A DNA stretch of 64,000 nt from Thermoanaerobaculia bacterium (GCA_965200575.1 OZ241363.1:24415-88414), one strand, 5' to 3'; positions 20,169 through 30,847 are shown, counted from the stretch's first letter. The notes: generated by a model not told the origin, from the letters alone. Program-made: numbers and translations.

Positions 20169-20837
20169 ATGCATCAGAACCCATGTTCCCGCTGCCGCGG
20201 CGCGTTGAGAGTTTCCGTCGCACGCGAGACAGCTGGCTCGGCCTCGAGGCTGTCGATGTCCGTGGCCTTCTGCCTGCTTGTCCTGGGCCTGTTGGGAGGG
20301 GCCGCGGCGGCCCAGGAGGACGATCCCGAGATCGAGCGACCTGAGGGGTTCGGCTTGCAACAGGTCACCGGACCGCCCGAGGGGCCGACGTACACCTGGC
20401 GTGACGGCGACCGCACGATGACGGCCTGGCTTCAGGAAGATCTGACGATGCCCAGGGACGCGGTGACAGGGGACGGGGTGGTGATGGCGACAGCGGCCGA
20501 GGGCATGATCGTCGCGCGTTCGAGTTCGAGCGTGGGCGGAGCGTCCGCGCCGGATGGCTATCCAGTGTTCCGGTCCAGTTCGGGTACCTTGATGACGCTA
20601 CCCGGGGGCGTCCTCATTGTCTTCGTCGAGGAGTGGAGCCAGGCTCAGGTCGACGGGTTCTTCGCGGCACAGGGAATTGCAGTGGACCGCTTGTCGCCGC
20701 TGGGCGCAATCCCGAACGGTTTCGTCATCGAGACCGAGCCCGGCTTTCCGGCGCTCGAGCTGGCGAACACCCTTGCCGACCGTGAGGGCGTGCGCCTTTC
20801 CAGCCCCAACTGGTGGCGTGAGGTAGTTCCGAAGTAG
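20169..20837 (+). CDS. Secreted protein with a C-terminal subtilisin-propeptide-like domain; candidate external chaperone (Aeromonas ASP ORF2-like arrangement)
   Basis: SD-like GAGGAG before GTG/ATG at 20166/20169 (alternative ATG 20256). Signal peptide ...VAFCLLVLGLLGGAAAA-QEDD. C-terminal ~85 aa (GVLIVF..EWSQAQVDGFF...GFVIET...ALELANTLADREGVRLSSPNW..EVVPK) follows the beta-alpha-beta-beta-alpha-beta pattern of S8 prodomains. Confidence 0.7.
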   Translation: MHQNPCSRCRGALRVSVARETAGSASRLSMSVAFCLLVLGLLGGAAAAQEDDPEIERPEGFGLQQVTGPPEGPTYTWRDGDRTMTAWLQEDLTMPRDAVTGDGVVMATAAEGMIVARSSSSVGGASAPDGYPVFRSSSGTLMTLPGGVLIVFVEEWSQAQVDGFFAAQGIAVDRLSPLGAIPNGFVIETEPGFPALELANTLADREGVRLSSPNWWREVVPK

Positions 20838-20914
20838 TTGCCGCCGGGCGCCCAGGCGCCGGCCCGATACGCTGGCCACCGAGGGCCCGACGAATCGGAC
20901 GAATCGGCGCAAAC

Positions 20915-21150
20915 TCAGACACCACCGAGGATCGACCTGCGCAGGTTGCAGAGGTGGCCGCTGGAGAGGCCGGCCAGCCGCAAGAGTGCTGGTCGTCGTA
21001 CTCCTCGTATTGCCGACGCATCACCGCCCGGGCAGCGTGCCCGCACAGGTGACCGAGCGTGGTGTCGACCTCTGCCAGCAGGCCGATGGCGGCCTTCGTG
21101 TACACGCGCCCGAACCGCTGCCGCCAGACGGGGTCCGCGGTGTCGGGCTG
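20915..21150 (-). mobile_element. Frameshifted transposase/integrase remnant (ISNCY/rve-type)
   Basis: Fragments RVYTKAAIGLLAEVDTTLGHLCGHAARAVMRRQYEEYDD and LRLAGLSSGHLCNLRRS lie in different frames and resemble the helical region of rve-type IS transposases. Confidence 0.5.
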
Positions 21151-21261
21151 CCCAAAAGACCGGCGCGTTGCCGATCCGAAGTGCGAAGAGCAGCGTGGTC
21201 GAGAGCTGACCGCGGAACCAACTGTGTTTCTTCGCAGGAAGGACTTGGTGTTGTTGGTACG

Positions 21262-21445
21262 GGCCCGGGCCTGGCCGGATGCTCGTTGATCTCCTCGGAC
21301 AGCTTCCTCCCCAAAGGTCATGCCGCTTGAACAAGTGACGGAGATTCAGGATCGCCGTCTCGTCCGGCAGCGGACCCGACAGCCGCAAGCCGGCAAGACG
21401 AGGCACCGACTTCACCTCCTGCGGCATGTCCTCCATCTTTGCCAG
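21262..21445 (-). mobile_element. IS5-family transposase fragment (pseudogene)
   Basis: MEDMPQEVKSVPRLAGLRLSGPLPDETAILNLRHLFKRHDL, then a frameshift into GRKLSEEINEH. Matches the IS5 N-terminal PDETTILNFRHLLERH.LG..LF.EIN motif. Confidence 0.75.
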
Positions 21446-21742
21446 AAACACGTTCCGACAGGTCCGCTTCTCTTCCGGTCGTGCTCCAGCGCCGCGAACG
21501 CGGCCTGCCGCTTGACGCCCCCATTCCGTTATCGTCCGACCATTGTCGCGCGGACCTGATCAGACCTTCCCTGGCCGTCCTGGCTGACGTGGTGACTGTC
21601 GGTACGGCCGGCAACGAGCATCAGCGCGGTGGCGGCTGCCAGGAGCACGGTGGTCCGGCTGGTCCCGGCTTCCGCGGGTGGTCGACGCGCCGTCTCCTAG
21701 GCGACGCACGAGTCGGGCGCGGGCCGCGGCGACGGGTGCCCG

Positions 21743-23773
21743 TCACTCGGCCCCCGGTTCCGGCTGATACCAGATCGGCGAGGTCCAGGCCATCTCGTGG
21801 ATCGTCTCCGGGTACGACCCGTCCGAGCACACCGCGGGCCGCTCTTCCCGGGCGAGGCGGCGGCAGTCGTGCCAGCTCCAGCGCAGGCTGGGGTTCTCCA
21901 CTACACGCAGGTAGTACCAAGCGTGCAGACCGGGGTCGAAGTCCTCGTCCCGATACACGCTACACAGACTGTCGTGACCGTCGCCGCTGCGCTCGCCGGT
22001 CTCGCGATCCACGCTCGCCCCGTTGTCGGGCGACCCGGCGATCGGGATGACCCGCGTGTGCCTTGCGCCGTCCGCTTCCACCCAGCCCTTGACCAGCTGC
22101 AGCTGCTGCAACTGCCCGGCGTTCTCGGCCGGGTCGCGGACGGCGTGTGCGAGGAAGGTGGGCGTTTGGCTCCCCTCGGCCCGCGTCAGGTCGCCCCCCA
22201 TCGGCACGCCGCCGGCGTACGCCTCTTCAAGCAGGTCAACGTTGTCGCAGAGGTTCTCGGCGTAGTTCCAGCCGCCGAAGAACCGCGGCCTGATGCGTGG
22301 GCCGGAGGTGCCGAAAACCTCGCGCCGTTCCATGGCGTCGAAGATGGCGTCGCGGGAGTTCTCGACCGCCCACACGCCGGCCAGACCGCCCGCGTTGCCG
22401 TCGATTCCGCTGGTCAAGAACCCCGGCTGCAGGCGTTCCTGCGGCGTCGCCTCACCGGTCACCGCGCCGCGCCAGTCCTCTTCCGCCACCGCCCCCGGCG
22501 TCGCCGTGTGCGTGTCGGTGGAGGCGATGATGCCGAGCTTGACCGGGTCCAGTCCGATCTCCCTCTCTTCCTCCAGGCCGACGACGAGTGCCGAACGAAC
22601 GAAGTCCGTGCCATCGACGCAGCCGGCCCCGAGCATGCCCTGCGTGCCGACTTCGCCCTCCGGGCACTCCTCCGTGACCAGCGTCGTTTCACCCTGGAGC
22701 AGGGATTGGACCGTCTCCGCACGGCCAAGTACGCGGACCGCTTCCACATCGCAGAGTTCGTCCGGCTCGGCGAACACCGAGGACAGGCCGTTCATGCACT
22801 CGGACCCTCCCTTGTGCTGGAAGATCTCGATGAGTGGCTCGCGCTCCAGCCGCTTCTGCGCGTACGCCTGGCGTGTCTCCAGGCTGCGGTCGAGCCCGCG
22901 GTAGGGCGCCATCCTGCCGTTGGCCAGGTTGCTGTTGTGCGGGATGGTCAGGTAGTCGCAATCGGGCCGCGCCGAGCCTTCGCCGCAAACCTGGTCGAGT
23001 TGCCGCCAGAGCTCGCTGTCGCTGGGCGCGTCGATGTAGGACACCGGCAGGTCCGGCACTTCCGAGCCGCGGAAGATGACGTTCCGGTGGTAGTTCGAGA
23101 CCCCGGGGGTCCCCGTGTACTCGTAGCCGACGAAGGAGGTGAAGGTGCACTCTTGCGTCCGGTCGTACGCGGCTTCGGCGTCCTCGACGATCGCGTGCCA
23201 CGGGTCCATGGCCCATTCGAGGCACAGGGCGCCGTCCTCGCCGCAGACTTCTCCGACCCGTTCGGGCGTCTCGGTGGTGATGACCGCGCCAAGCATCTGC
23301 ATCCCCAGCCGCTGGTCCGAGCGGGCCGTGGTGCAGAACTCCGAGTTGTACCGCGACGATTCCGGGTCGCTGCACAGTCGGCGCTCGCCCAGGAACTCCC
23401 CGTGGTCGGTCACGGCCACGAAGTCGAGCGGCCGGTCGATGGCGATGCTGCCCTGGGCCGTGCCGTCCGCGCCGATGGGCCAGAACGGAATGGCCTCGCC
23501 CCTTGCGTAGCGGTAGGCGTCCGCCGGGCTGGCGCCGGTGCTGATCGCCGCTGCATCGAACGAGAAACTGGTGTGGACGTGCAGGTCGCCGAACAGCGCC
23601 TGGCGAAACGGCGTCGCATCGAGGCAGGCCGGTCGGTCCTCGGTCCGGTTTACCGTACCGCCATCGATGGCGCCGCCGTCCACCTGCGCGGCGGCCTCGC
23701 CGTCTGGGCCGCCGCAGGCCAGGGCGCCAGTGGCGACCAGGACGGCCAGGATGCGTTGCGGTTCGATTCTCAT
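21743..23773 (-). CDS. DUF3604 family (PHP-like metal-dependent hydrolase) lipoprotein
   Basis: FGDLHVHTSFSFDA, PLDFVAVTDH, HRNVIF, IPHNSN, EIFQHKG.SEC, STDTH, AWTSPIWY; lipobox GALAC. Confidence 0.85.
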   Translation of the reverse strand: MRIEPQRILAVLVATGALACGGPDGEAAAQVDGGAIDGGTVNRTEDRPACLDATPFRQALFGDLHVHTSFSFDAAAISTGASPADAYRYARGEAIPFWPIGADGTAQGSIAIDRPLDFVAVTDHGEFLGERRLCSDPESSRYNSEFCTTARSDQRLGMQMLGAVITTETPERVGEVCGEDGALCLEWAMDPWHAIVEDAEAAYDRTQECTFTSFVGYEYTGTPGVSNYHRNVIFRGSEVPDLPVSYIDAPSDSELWRQLDQVCGEGSARPDCDYLTIPHNSNLANGRMAPYRGLDRSLETRQAYAQKRLEREPLIEIFQHKGGSECMNGLSSVFAEPDELCDVEAVRVLGRAETVQSLLQGETTLVTEECPEGEVGTQGMLGAGCVDGTDFVRSALVVGLEEEREIGLDPVKLGIIASTDTHTATPGAVAEEDWRGAVTGEATPQERLQPGFLTSGIDGNAGGLAGVWAVENSRDAIFDAMERREVFGTSGPRIRPRFFGGWNYAENLCDNVDLLEEAYAGGVPMGGDLTRAEGSQTPTFLAHAVRDPAENAGQLQQLQLVKGWVEADGARHTRVIPIAGSPDNGASVDRETGERSGDGHDSLCSVYRDEDFDPGLHAWYYLRVVENPSLRWSWHDCRRLAREERPAVCSDGSYPETIHEMAWTSPIWYQPEPGAE

Positions 23774-24253
23774 TCACTGCCTCCCTGGTCGCGGAGCGGC
23801 GAGCCATGCAAGAAACGCCTGCACCTGCAGGCGGAACGGCTCAAGAACCTCGCCGGTTCGCGATTCATCTGATCCCTGAGGTCCCGTGGCTGCGAGCGGC
23901 GCGCCGTTCCCCGGGCAGACACCGAGGAAGCGGCGCAACTCGCCCAATCGGCGGGCCAGCTCCCGGTAGATGACCGCCGGGCGCACCTCGGGAATCTCCA
24001 GACCCATTCCAGGATTGGCTGCCGGTGCCATTCCTGGCCTTGGGAACGCCGCCGTTCAGTTCTCGGCGATTCGCACGAAGATGCGCTCGGCGCCGCTGTA
24101 GAAGTCATGGAGGATGGACCCGCGCCCGCGCAGGGTGAGCGTGTCGCCGTGCCGGGGGGCGTCGGCGAGGTCCTGCTCGATGAGCGAGAGGCTCTCCAGC
24201 TCGCTGGCTGTCTCGGCGGCCAGGCGCCGGGCGAGGACGTCGTCCAGCTTCAC
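23774..24253 (-). pseudogene. HEPN/HepT-like toxin, frameshifted
   Basis: LHDFYSGAERIFVRIAE / GQEWHRQ / GLEIPEVRPAVI...LGELRRF are spread over three frames. The RH..RN.Y catalytic motif is lost. Confidence 0.7.
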
Positions 24254-24504
24254 AGGTCGACCCCGTCATCTCGAATCGTCTGGAGCATCGCCTCGGTTGC
24301 CGACTCCATGGGAACGATGTCGATGTCGGAGCGCCAGGTGAAGCGGCGGTCGGCCCCGAAGGTTGAGCCGATGCCCACGACCCGCGATGCACCGTGCTCC
24401 CTGAGCACCGCTGCGGTGCGCTCCGCGTCCTTCCGGGCCATCGCTCTGCGCTCCGGTGGCAACCTGGTGGGGCGGAGGTGGTCCAGAGGCAGGCTGCGGT
24501 CCAT
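24250..24504 (-). pseudogene. Minimal nucleotidyltransferase (MntA-like antitoxin), apparently internally deleted
   Basis: HGASRVVGIGS....RRF..RSDIDIV is joined directly to the C-terminal ME.A.EAM.QTI..DGVDL. Overlaps the HEPN start (GTGA). Confidence 0.65.
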
Positions 24505-24634
24505 CGATTCGGAGTATAGGTCCGGCCGCGACGCCCGGTGCTGGCTTCCCTCCAGGCAGCGGAGCGTCGGCAGTCTTCCGGCCCGGCAAGGCCGCCTGCC
24601 TGCGCAGGCATCGCTCGCCGCCCGCCGAGACGGA

Positions 24635-25984
24635 TCAGTCGTCGTCGCCCCACCAGCGGCGCAGGCGCTCGGCGATTGCCTTCTCCGAGCCCTGATCCGA
24701 CGGCTCGTAGTAGCGCCGCCCGGCGAGCCCCGGAGGCAGGTACTCCTGCGCCTCGAAGTGGCCCTCGGCGTCGTGCCCGTACTTGTATCCCTTGCCGTAA
24801 CCCATGCCGCGCATCAGCCCGGTCACTGCGTTGCGCAGGTGGAGCGGCACTGGCTCGTGCGGTGCCTCTCGCACGTCCGCCATGGCGCGCCCGAGAGCCG
24901 CGTACGCTCTGTTGCTCTTCGGCGAGGTCGCCAGATAGACGGTGGCTTCGGCCAGGGGGATGCGGCCTTCCGGCAGGCCCATGAAGTGGACCGCCTGCTG
25001 CGCGGCGACGGCGACCGGCAGGGCGCCGGGATTCGCCAGGCCGATGTCCTCGGCGGCGAGGATCACCAGGCGGCGGGCGATGAAGAGCGGGTCCTCGCCG
25101 GCTTCGAGCATCCTGGCCAGCCAGTACAGGGCGCCGTCGGGCGACGAGCCGCGCACGGACTTGATGAAGGCCGAGATCGTGTCGTAGTGGCTGTCGCCGC
25201 CCTTGTCGTACCTGGGCGTTCGGCGCTGCAGTGCGTCGGAGATCGCCTCCATGCCCACGCGTCGGATGCCGTCGTCGCCCGGCTGCGCCGCGAGTACCGC
25301 CATCTCCAGAGCGTTCAGGGCGACCCGGGCGTCGCCGTTCGCGATGTTCACCAGGTGCTCCAGCGCCTCCTGGTCCAGATCCGGGTCCAACTGACCCAGC
25401 CCCCGATCCTCGTCCTGCACGGCCCGCTCCACGATCATCGCCATCGCCTTGCCGTCCAGGGCCTGCAGCGTGAAGACCCGGCAGCGCGAGAGGAGCGGCG
25501 CGTTGACCTCGAAGGACGGGTTCTCGGTCGTCGCGCCGATGAAGGTGATCGTGCCGTCCTCGACGTGCGGGAGGATGACGTCCTGCTGAGCCTTGTTGAA
25601 GCGGTGGATTTCGTCGACGAAGAGAATCGTCGGTTGCCCCCGAAGCGCGCGAAGCTCCTTGGCGCCGGTGACGGCCCGCCGGAGGTCCCTGACCCCGGCC
25701 GATACGGCGCTCACGGGCTCGAAGCTGGCGCGGGTCGTGGTCGCGATCAGCCTCGCCAGAGTCGTCTTCCCCGACCCGGGCGGCCCCCAGAAGAGGAGCG
25801 ACGGCACCCGGTCCGCGTCGATGGACCGTCGCAGCACCCTGTCTTCGGCCAGTATGTGCTCCTGGCCGACGAACTCGTCGAACGAAGCCGGGCGCATGCG
25901 CTCTGCCAGCGGCGCCTCCGAGCCGGGCCCCGACTCTTCCGGGCCGCCGAACAGACTGCCTGTCGTCTGGCGCCCGCCGGTCAT
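24635..25984 (-). CDS. rarA: Replication-associated recombination protein A (AAA+ ATPase)
   Basis: PLAERMRP, Walker [56 protein letters not shown]. Confidence 0.96.
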   Translation of the reverse strand: MTGGRQTTGSLFGGPEESGPGSEAPLAERMRPASFDEFVGQEHILAEDRVLRRSIDADRVPSLLFWGPPGSGKTTLARLIATTTRASFEPVSAVSAGVRDLRRAVTGAKELRALRGQPTILFVDEIHRFNKAQQDVILPHVEDGTITFIGATTENPSFEVNAPLLSRCRVFTLQALDGKAMAMIVERAVQDEDRGLGQLDPDLDQEALEHLVNIANGDARVALNALEMAVLAAQPGDDGIRRVGMEAISDALQRRTPRYDKGGDSHYDTISAFIKSVRGSSPDGALYWLARMLEAGEDPLFIARRLVILAAEDIGLANPGALPVAVAAQQAVHFMGLPEGRIPLAEATVYLATSPKSNRAYAALGRAMADVREAPHEPVPLHLRNAVTGLMRGMGYGKGYKYGHDAEGHFEAQEYLPPGLAGRRYYEPSDQGSEKAIAERLRRWWGDDD

Positions 25985-26135
25985 GCTAGGCCACCGAACC
26001 CGCACGGCTTGTGTCCGGTCCAGCGCGTGATGGTTCGCGGATTGGGGGCTGTGGCCAACTCGGCGTCCCTCGAGTCGGATGTGCCGGTGAGGTGGGGATG
26101 TGGCCCGACACGGCTAGGCGGCTGGCCTGGCGCTG

Positions 26136-27806
26136 CTAGTTCGGCCAGTAGACGTGCACGTCGTCGGGCTCTTCGGGCTCTTCGAGCGTCTTGTCGATGC
26201 TGATCGGGCCTTCGCCCTGGGATTGCCAGATCGGCGGCGCCTGCTCGGCGTTCCATTCCGCCAGCATCCGCTTCATCGACTCGACTCGCACGGGTTCGTT
26301 CGCGGCCAGGTTCTGCTTCTCGGTGGGGTCGGCGGCGAGGTCGAACAGCCAGGCCATCTCCGGGCGGGCGCTGACCTGCAGCTTCCAGTCGCCTGCGATG
26401 ACGGTCTGGTAGTGGCCAGAGCGCCAGAACAGGCGATCGTGGGGATCGCCCTCGCGGCTGCCGCCGACGAAGGGCACAAGGTCCACGCCGTCGATGGTGC
26501 GGTCGGACGGCAGGTCGGCGCCGGCGGCCGCCGCGGCCGTGGCGAAGATGTCGAAGCCGTGGACCGGCGGGTCGAAGGTCGTCCCTGCCTCGATGCGGGC
26601 CGGCCACTTCAGGAAGAGCGGCACCTGAATCCCGCCCTCGAAGAAGCTCATCTTCCAGCCGCGGTACGGGTCGTTGAGCCCCGGCAGGCCGACGTAGCCG
26701 GCGCCGCCGTTGTCCGAGGTGAAGAAGACGAGCGTATTCTCCTCCAGGCCCTGGTCGCGCAGCGCCTCCAGCACGCGTCCCACGCCGCGGTCGAGCGCCC
26801 GGATCATCGCGCCGTAGACCCGCAGCCTGTGGCTCTCTATGTGGGCGAGCGCCTCGTAGTCCTCGCGCGAGGCCTGAAGCGGCGTGTGCGGCGCCCAGTG
26901 CGCCAGGTAGAGGAAGAACGGGCGATCGCGGTTGGCCTCGATGACCTTGACCGCCTCGTCGGTGTAGTAGTCGGTCAGGTAGCGGTCAGGCTCGAACACC
27001 CCGCCGCCGTTGAACGAGGCCGCGAAGCGGAGCGCTTGCCACAGGAAGCGGTCGATGGGGTCGAAGTCCTGTTTCGAGTTGACGACGTCGGGAGAGTCCT
27101 CGGGGAGGTAGAGGCCGCTGGCCATGAGCAGCGACTCGTCGAAGCCCTGTTCGTGCGCCGCCCTGCCGCCGCCCAGGCCCAGATGCCACTTGCCGATGTG
27201 TGCCGTGTGGTAGCCCGCGTCCTTGAGCAGCTCGGCGAGCGTGACTTCCGATGGAGGCATCCCCTTCTCGATCATGGGAACTGGCGGCACGTCGTGCGTG
27301 ACGGGAGGCCGCAGCCGGGTGTCGTCCGCGGCGCGCAGCCGAGCCACCATCTGCATCATGCCGTCCGGGGTCGGCGTGAACTCGAAGCCGAAGCGGGTGC
27401 CGTAGCGGCCGGTCATGATCGCCGCCCGCGAGGGCGCGCAGGTGGCGTTCGCCGCGTAGCCGTTCGTGAAGGCGACGCCGTCGTGCGCCAGCGAGTCGAT
27501 GTGGGGCGTCGGCACGGTGCCGCCGGCCACCCCGCCGCCGGCCCAGGTCAGGTCGTTGACGCCCAGATCGTCCGCGAGGATGACCACGATGTTCGGCGGC
27601 CGCCGGTCGGCGGAACGCCCTTGCGGGTCGGCGCCGATCTGCCACTCGACGGACCGGTTCTGTGCGGCGGTCGCGGAGGGCTGCTGAGCGAGCAGGCCCT
27701 GGAGCAGGCTCGGCTGCCAGCTCCAGGACAGTGCCCCGGCGAAGGCGGCCAGGGCGACCACCAGCGTTGCGACGCGGCTCGGAACCTGCTTGCGAATTGA
27801 CGTCAC
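26136..27806 (-). CDS. Formylglycine-type sulfatase, exported
   Basis: PNIVVILADDLG, CAPSRAAIMTGR, GKWHLG, TSDNG; N-terminal hydrophobic segment. Confidence 0.93.
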   Translation of the reverse strand: MTSIRKQVPSRVATLVVALAAFAGALSWSWQPSLLQGLLAQQPSATAAQNRSVEWQIGADPQGRSADRRPPNIVVILADDLGVNDLTWAGGGVAGGTVPTPHIDSLAHDGVAFTNGYAANATCAPSRAAIMTGRYGTRFGFEFTPTPDGMMQMVARLRAADDTRLRPPVTHDVPPVPMIEKGMPPSEVTLAELLKDAGYHTAHIGKWHLGLGGGRAAHEQGFDESLLMASGLYLPEDSPDVVNSKQDFDPIDRFLWQALRFAASFNGGGVFEPDRYLTDYYTDEAVKVIEANRDRPFFLYLAHWAPHTPLQASREDYEALAHIESHRLRVYGAMIRALDRGVGRVLEALRDQGLEENTLVFFTSDNGGAGYVGLPGLNDPYRGWKMSFFEGGIQVPLFLKWPARIEAGTTFDPPVHGFDIFATAAAAAGADLPSDRTIDGVDLVPFVGGSREGDPHDRLFWRSGHYQTVIAGDWKLQVSARPEMAWLFDLAADPTEKQNLAANEPVRVESMKRMLAEWNAEQAPPIWQSQGEGPISIDKTLEEPEEPDDVHVYWPN

Positions 27807-27952
27807 GCGTCTCTTCCCTGGCCGGTTCGGCTGCTCTCGGCGCTGTTCAGCATGGTTCCCGGCACGCTACCAGCCGCGACGCGCGCAACGCTGGCGGCAG
27901 CGGGACGCGGGCTGGCCCCACGACCTGCCGGTCAGGCGGGGGCTGGCCGCGC

Positions 27953-27958
27953 TAGTCT
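27953..27958 (+). promoter_or_regulatory. Putative -10 element of a leaderless sulfatase transcript
   Basis: TAGTCT 6 nt before ATG 27965; no SD. Confidence 0.4.
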
Positions 27959-27964
27959 CCCGCC

Positions 27965-29389
27965 ATGTCTGCACGATCGGTGCTGCTGGTGGTGGTGGTA
28001 CTGGCGGTGACTGCCGCGTGCGGGTCGCCTTCTGCGACGGTGCCTGCTCCCGGCGTGCCGCCGGCGCCGCCCAATGTGGTGATGATCCTGGCCGACGACA
28101 TGGGTTGGGGCGACCTGTCGTCCCACGGCCATCCACTCATTCGCACCCCGCACATCGACCGCCTGGCGGCCGAGGGCCAGCGCTGGACGTCGTTCTATGC
28201 CTCGAGTCCGCTGTGCAACCCGAGTCGGATTGCGCTTGCCACCGGTCGGATGCCGGTGCGCATCCAGGGTGGCGGGCTGAACCGGTGGTCGCACCTGCCG
28301 GACGACGAGACGACCCTGGGCGACCTGTTCCGGGCCGCCGGCCACGCCGCCGCGTACGTCGGCAAGTGGGGCATGTCGGGCCGATTCGCCGACGGCGGCG
28401 TCCATCCGAACGACGCAGGCTTCGACTTCTTCTTCGGCGTCGAGGAGTTCAACGACGGGGGGCGGCGACCCGAAGTCCCCCACACCTACGAAGGCATCCG
28501 CGACTCCGTCAGCGAGGACTTCGTGTTCTCGCTCTTCAGGCAGAGGGAAGCCATCGAGACGCCGACCCACCAGCCGACGCTGACCCGCCGTTACACGGAG
28601 GAATCGGTGGCCTGGCTGGAGGAGCAGATTGCCAGCGACACGCCGTTCTTCCTGTATCTCGGGCACACCATGCCGCACGTGCCGATCTTCCGTTCCCCCG
28701 AGTTTGAGGGCCACAGCAAGGCGGGCCTCTACGGCGACGTGATCGAGGAGCTCGACTGGTCCGTGGGTCAGATCGTCGCGGCGCTCGAGGAGGGCGGCGT
28801 GGCCGATCGCACTCTGGTCGTGTTCTCCAGCGACAACGGCCCGTGGCTCACCTACCACGACCTCGGCGGCTCGCCTGGCCCCTTCCGCGACGGCAAGCAC
28901 ACCGCCTGGGAGGGCGGCTTTCGTGTGCCGGGCATCTTCTGGTGGCCGGGCACGATCGAACCGGCAGTGGTGGACGACATCGGCGTCCAGGTCGACCTGA
29001 TGGCGACCTTCGCCGCGCTCGTCGGCGCCGAGCTGCCGGAACGCGAAGTGGACTCCCTCGACCTCTCCGACGTTCTGCTGCATCGCCACCCCAGTCCGCG
29101 CGACGAGTGGTCCTACTACGGCACGCGGGGGCGTCTCTGGGCGTATCGGCTGGGCGACCACAAGCTGGTGCTGGAATCGTGGGAGTCGCTCGGCAAGGAA
29201 GGGGAGCTCGCCTGGCGCGGCTTCGACAACGAACAGGTCCATGACCCGCCGCTGCTGTTCGACCTTGCCACGGACATTGGCGAGCGCTTCGACATTGCCG
29301 CCGAGCATCCCGAGATCGTCGAACGAATCGAGGCCGCCATCCGCGACCACAGGCGGTCCGTGGGTGCACCGTCCGTCGACTCTCCGTAG
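27965..29389 (+). CDS. Arylsulfatase A-like sulfatase, lipoprotein
   Basis: Lipobox [46 protein letters not shown]. Confidence 0.93.
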   Translation: MSARSVLLVVVVLAVTAACGSPSATVPAPGVPPAPPNVVMILADDMGWGDLSSHGHPLIRTPHIDRLAAEGQRWTSFYASSPLCNPSRIALATGRMPVRIQGGGLNRWSHLPDDETTLGDLFRAAGHAAAYVGKWGMSGRFADGGVHPNDAGFDFFFGVEEFNDGGRRPEVPHTYEGIRDSVSEDFVFSLFRQREAIETPTHQPTLTRRYTEESVAWLEEQIASDTPFFLYLGHTMPHVPIFRSPEFEGHSKAGLYGDVIEELDWSVGQIVAALEEGGVADRTLVVFSSDNGPWLTYHDLGGSPGPFRDGKHTAWEGGFRVPGIFWWPGTIEPAVVDDIGVQVDLMATFAALVGAELPEREVDSLDLSDVLLHRHPSPRDEWSYYGTRGRLWAYRLGDHKLVLESWESLGKEGELAWRGFDNEQVHDPPLLFDLATDIGERFDIAAEHPEIVERIEAAIRDHRRSVGAPSVDSP

Positions 29390-29426
29390 CGGCTTCGGCC
29401 GCGGCGCGGGCTCAGGCCGGGGGCGC

Positions 29427-29432
29427 TACAAT
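29427..29432 (+). promoter_or_regulatory. Putative -10 element of leaderless msrA
   Basis: TACAAT exactly 7 nt before ATG 29440; no SD. Confidence 0.55.
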
Positions 29433-29439
29433 GCCCGGC

Positions 29440-30144
29440 ATGAGCTGGTTCTTGAGGTCGCCGCACATGCCCCGGTCCGGCGAGGCGCTGCCGGGCAGAA
29501 GCGAGGCCATGCCGGTTCCGGCGCGGCACCACGTTCTGGGCGCTCCGCTCGCGCCGCCGTACCCGGGCGGCAGCGAGCAGGCGCTGTTCGGCCTCGGCTG
29601 CTTCTGGGGGGCCGAGCGCAAGTTCTGGGAAGCGCGCGGGGTGATCACGACGGCCGTCGGCTACGCGGCAGGGACGACGAGGAACCCGACCTACCAGGAG
29701 GTCTGCAGCGGGCTCACCGGTCACAACGAGGTGGTCCGGGTCGTCTTCGACCCAGACCGCATCTCGTACCGCGAGCTGCTGCGCATCTTCTGGGAGAGCC
29801 ACGATCCGACCCAGGGCATGCGCCAGGGGAACGACGTCGGCACCCAGTACCGTTCCGGCATCTACGTCGGCTCGGCGGGCCAGCGGCGCGCAGCGACATC
29901 TTCGCTGGAGGCCTACCAGCAGCGTCTCGCGGCTGCCGGCTTCGGACCTGTCACGACCGAGATTCTGGATGCGCCGCCCTTCTACTTCGCCGAGGACTAC
30001 CACCAGCAGTACCTGGCGAAGAACCCGGCCGGCTACTGCGGGCTGGGCGGAACCGGCGTGGCGTGTCCAACGGGAATCGAAGCGGCGCCGTCGACCCGGC
30101 CGGCGTCGGAACCGACACAGTCGGCAAGCGGGGCCCCGCGTTGA
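29440..30144 (+). CDS. msrA: Peptide-methionine (S)-S-oxide reductase
   Basis: [63 protein letters not shown]. Confidence 0.97.
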   Translation: MSWFLRSPHMPRSGEALPGRSEAMPVPARHHVLGAPLAPPYPGGSEQALFGLGCFWGAERKFWEARGVITTAVGYAAGTTRNPTYQEVCSGLTGHNEVVRVVFDPDRISYRELLRIFWESHDPTQGMRQGNDVGTQYRSGIYVGSAGQRRAATSSLEAYQQRLAAAGFGPVTTEILDAPPFYFAEDYHQQYLAKNPAGYCGLGGTGVACPTGIEAAPSTRPASEPTQSASGAPR

Positions 30145-30234
30145 ACGCAGGCCGCGAAGGCAGATCTGCGGGCCGCGGCGTGGCGGCCGGTCAGGCGGCC
30201 ATGCTGGCTGTGTCCATCTGAGGAGGAACAGGCG

Positions 30235-30471
30235 ATGGTGAATTCCACGACGAAGGTGACCAGCGGGATCGGCTGGCTGCTCCTGGTCGCGGGGGTGCTC
30301 GTCCTGGGGGGCTTTGCGATCTACGCCCTCGCCATGGACGCGTCGACGCCTCTCTACCTCCGCCTGGGGGTGGGAGCGCTGTACGGCGGTCTGGGGCTTC
30401 TGCTGCTGTCGGTCCTGCGGCAGCAGCTGGCCGCGCGGCGAACGGACAGGTACAAGGACGTGCAACAGTAG
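30235..30471 (+). CDS. Small two-TM membrane protein
   Basis: GAGGAGG SD; two hydrophobic segments; directly upstream of ybjQ. Confidence 0.75.
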   Translation: MVNSTTKVTSGIGWLLLVAGVLVLGGFAIYALAMDASTPLYLRLGVGALYGGLGLLLLSVLRQQLAARRTDRYKDVQQ

Positions 30472-30532
30472 CGCCCGAGCAGTCAGACCGAGAGCAGGGC
30501 AAGATCTGGCGAGAGCAGAGGAGGACGTACGC

Positions 30533-30847
30533 ATGCTGATCGTGACCGCCGAGACGATTGCCGGCCGCAACATCACCGAGACCCTCGGGCTGGTCCGCGG
30601 CAACACCATTCGTGCTCGCCACCTGGGTCGGGACATCACCGCCGCGCTGCGGAACCTGGTGGGCGGGGAGGTCACCGAGTACACGAAGATGGTGGCCGAG
30701 AGCCGTGAGCAGGCGCTTGACCGCATGACCGCGGAAGCGCGGGCCCTGGGCGCCGACGCCGTGGTGGCCGTGCGCTTCACGACCTCGGTGATCACCAGCG
30801 GCGCAGCGGAGCTGCTGGCGGTCGGAACGGCGGTCAAGCTCGACTAG
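30533..30847 (+). CDS. ybjQ: YbjQ/UPF0145 family protein
   Basis: MLIVTAETIAG..I...LGLVRG, LRNLVGGEV..Y, RM..EA..LGADAVV.VRF, GTAV; SD GAGGAGG. Confidence 0.9.
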   Translation: MLIVTAETIAGRNITETLGLVRGNTIRARHLGRDITAALRNLVGGEVTEYTKMVAESREQALDRMTAEARALGADAVVAVRFTTSVITSGAAELLAVGTAVKLD

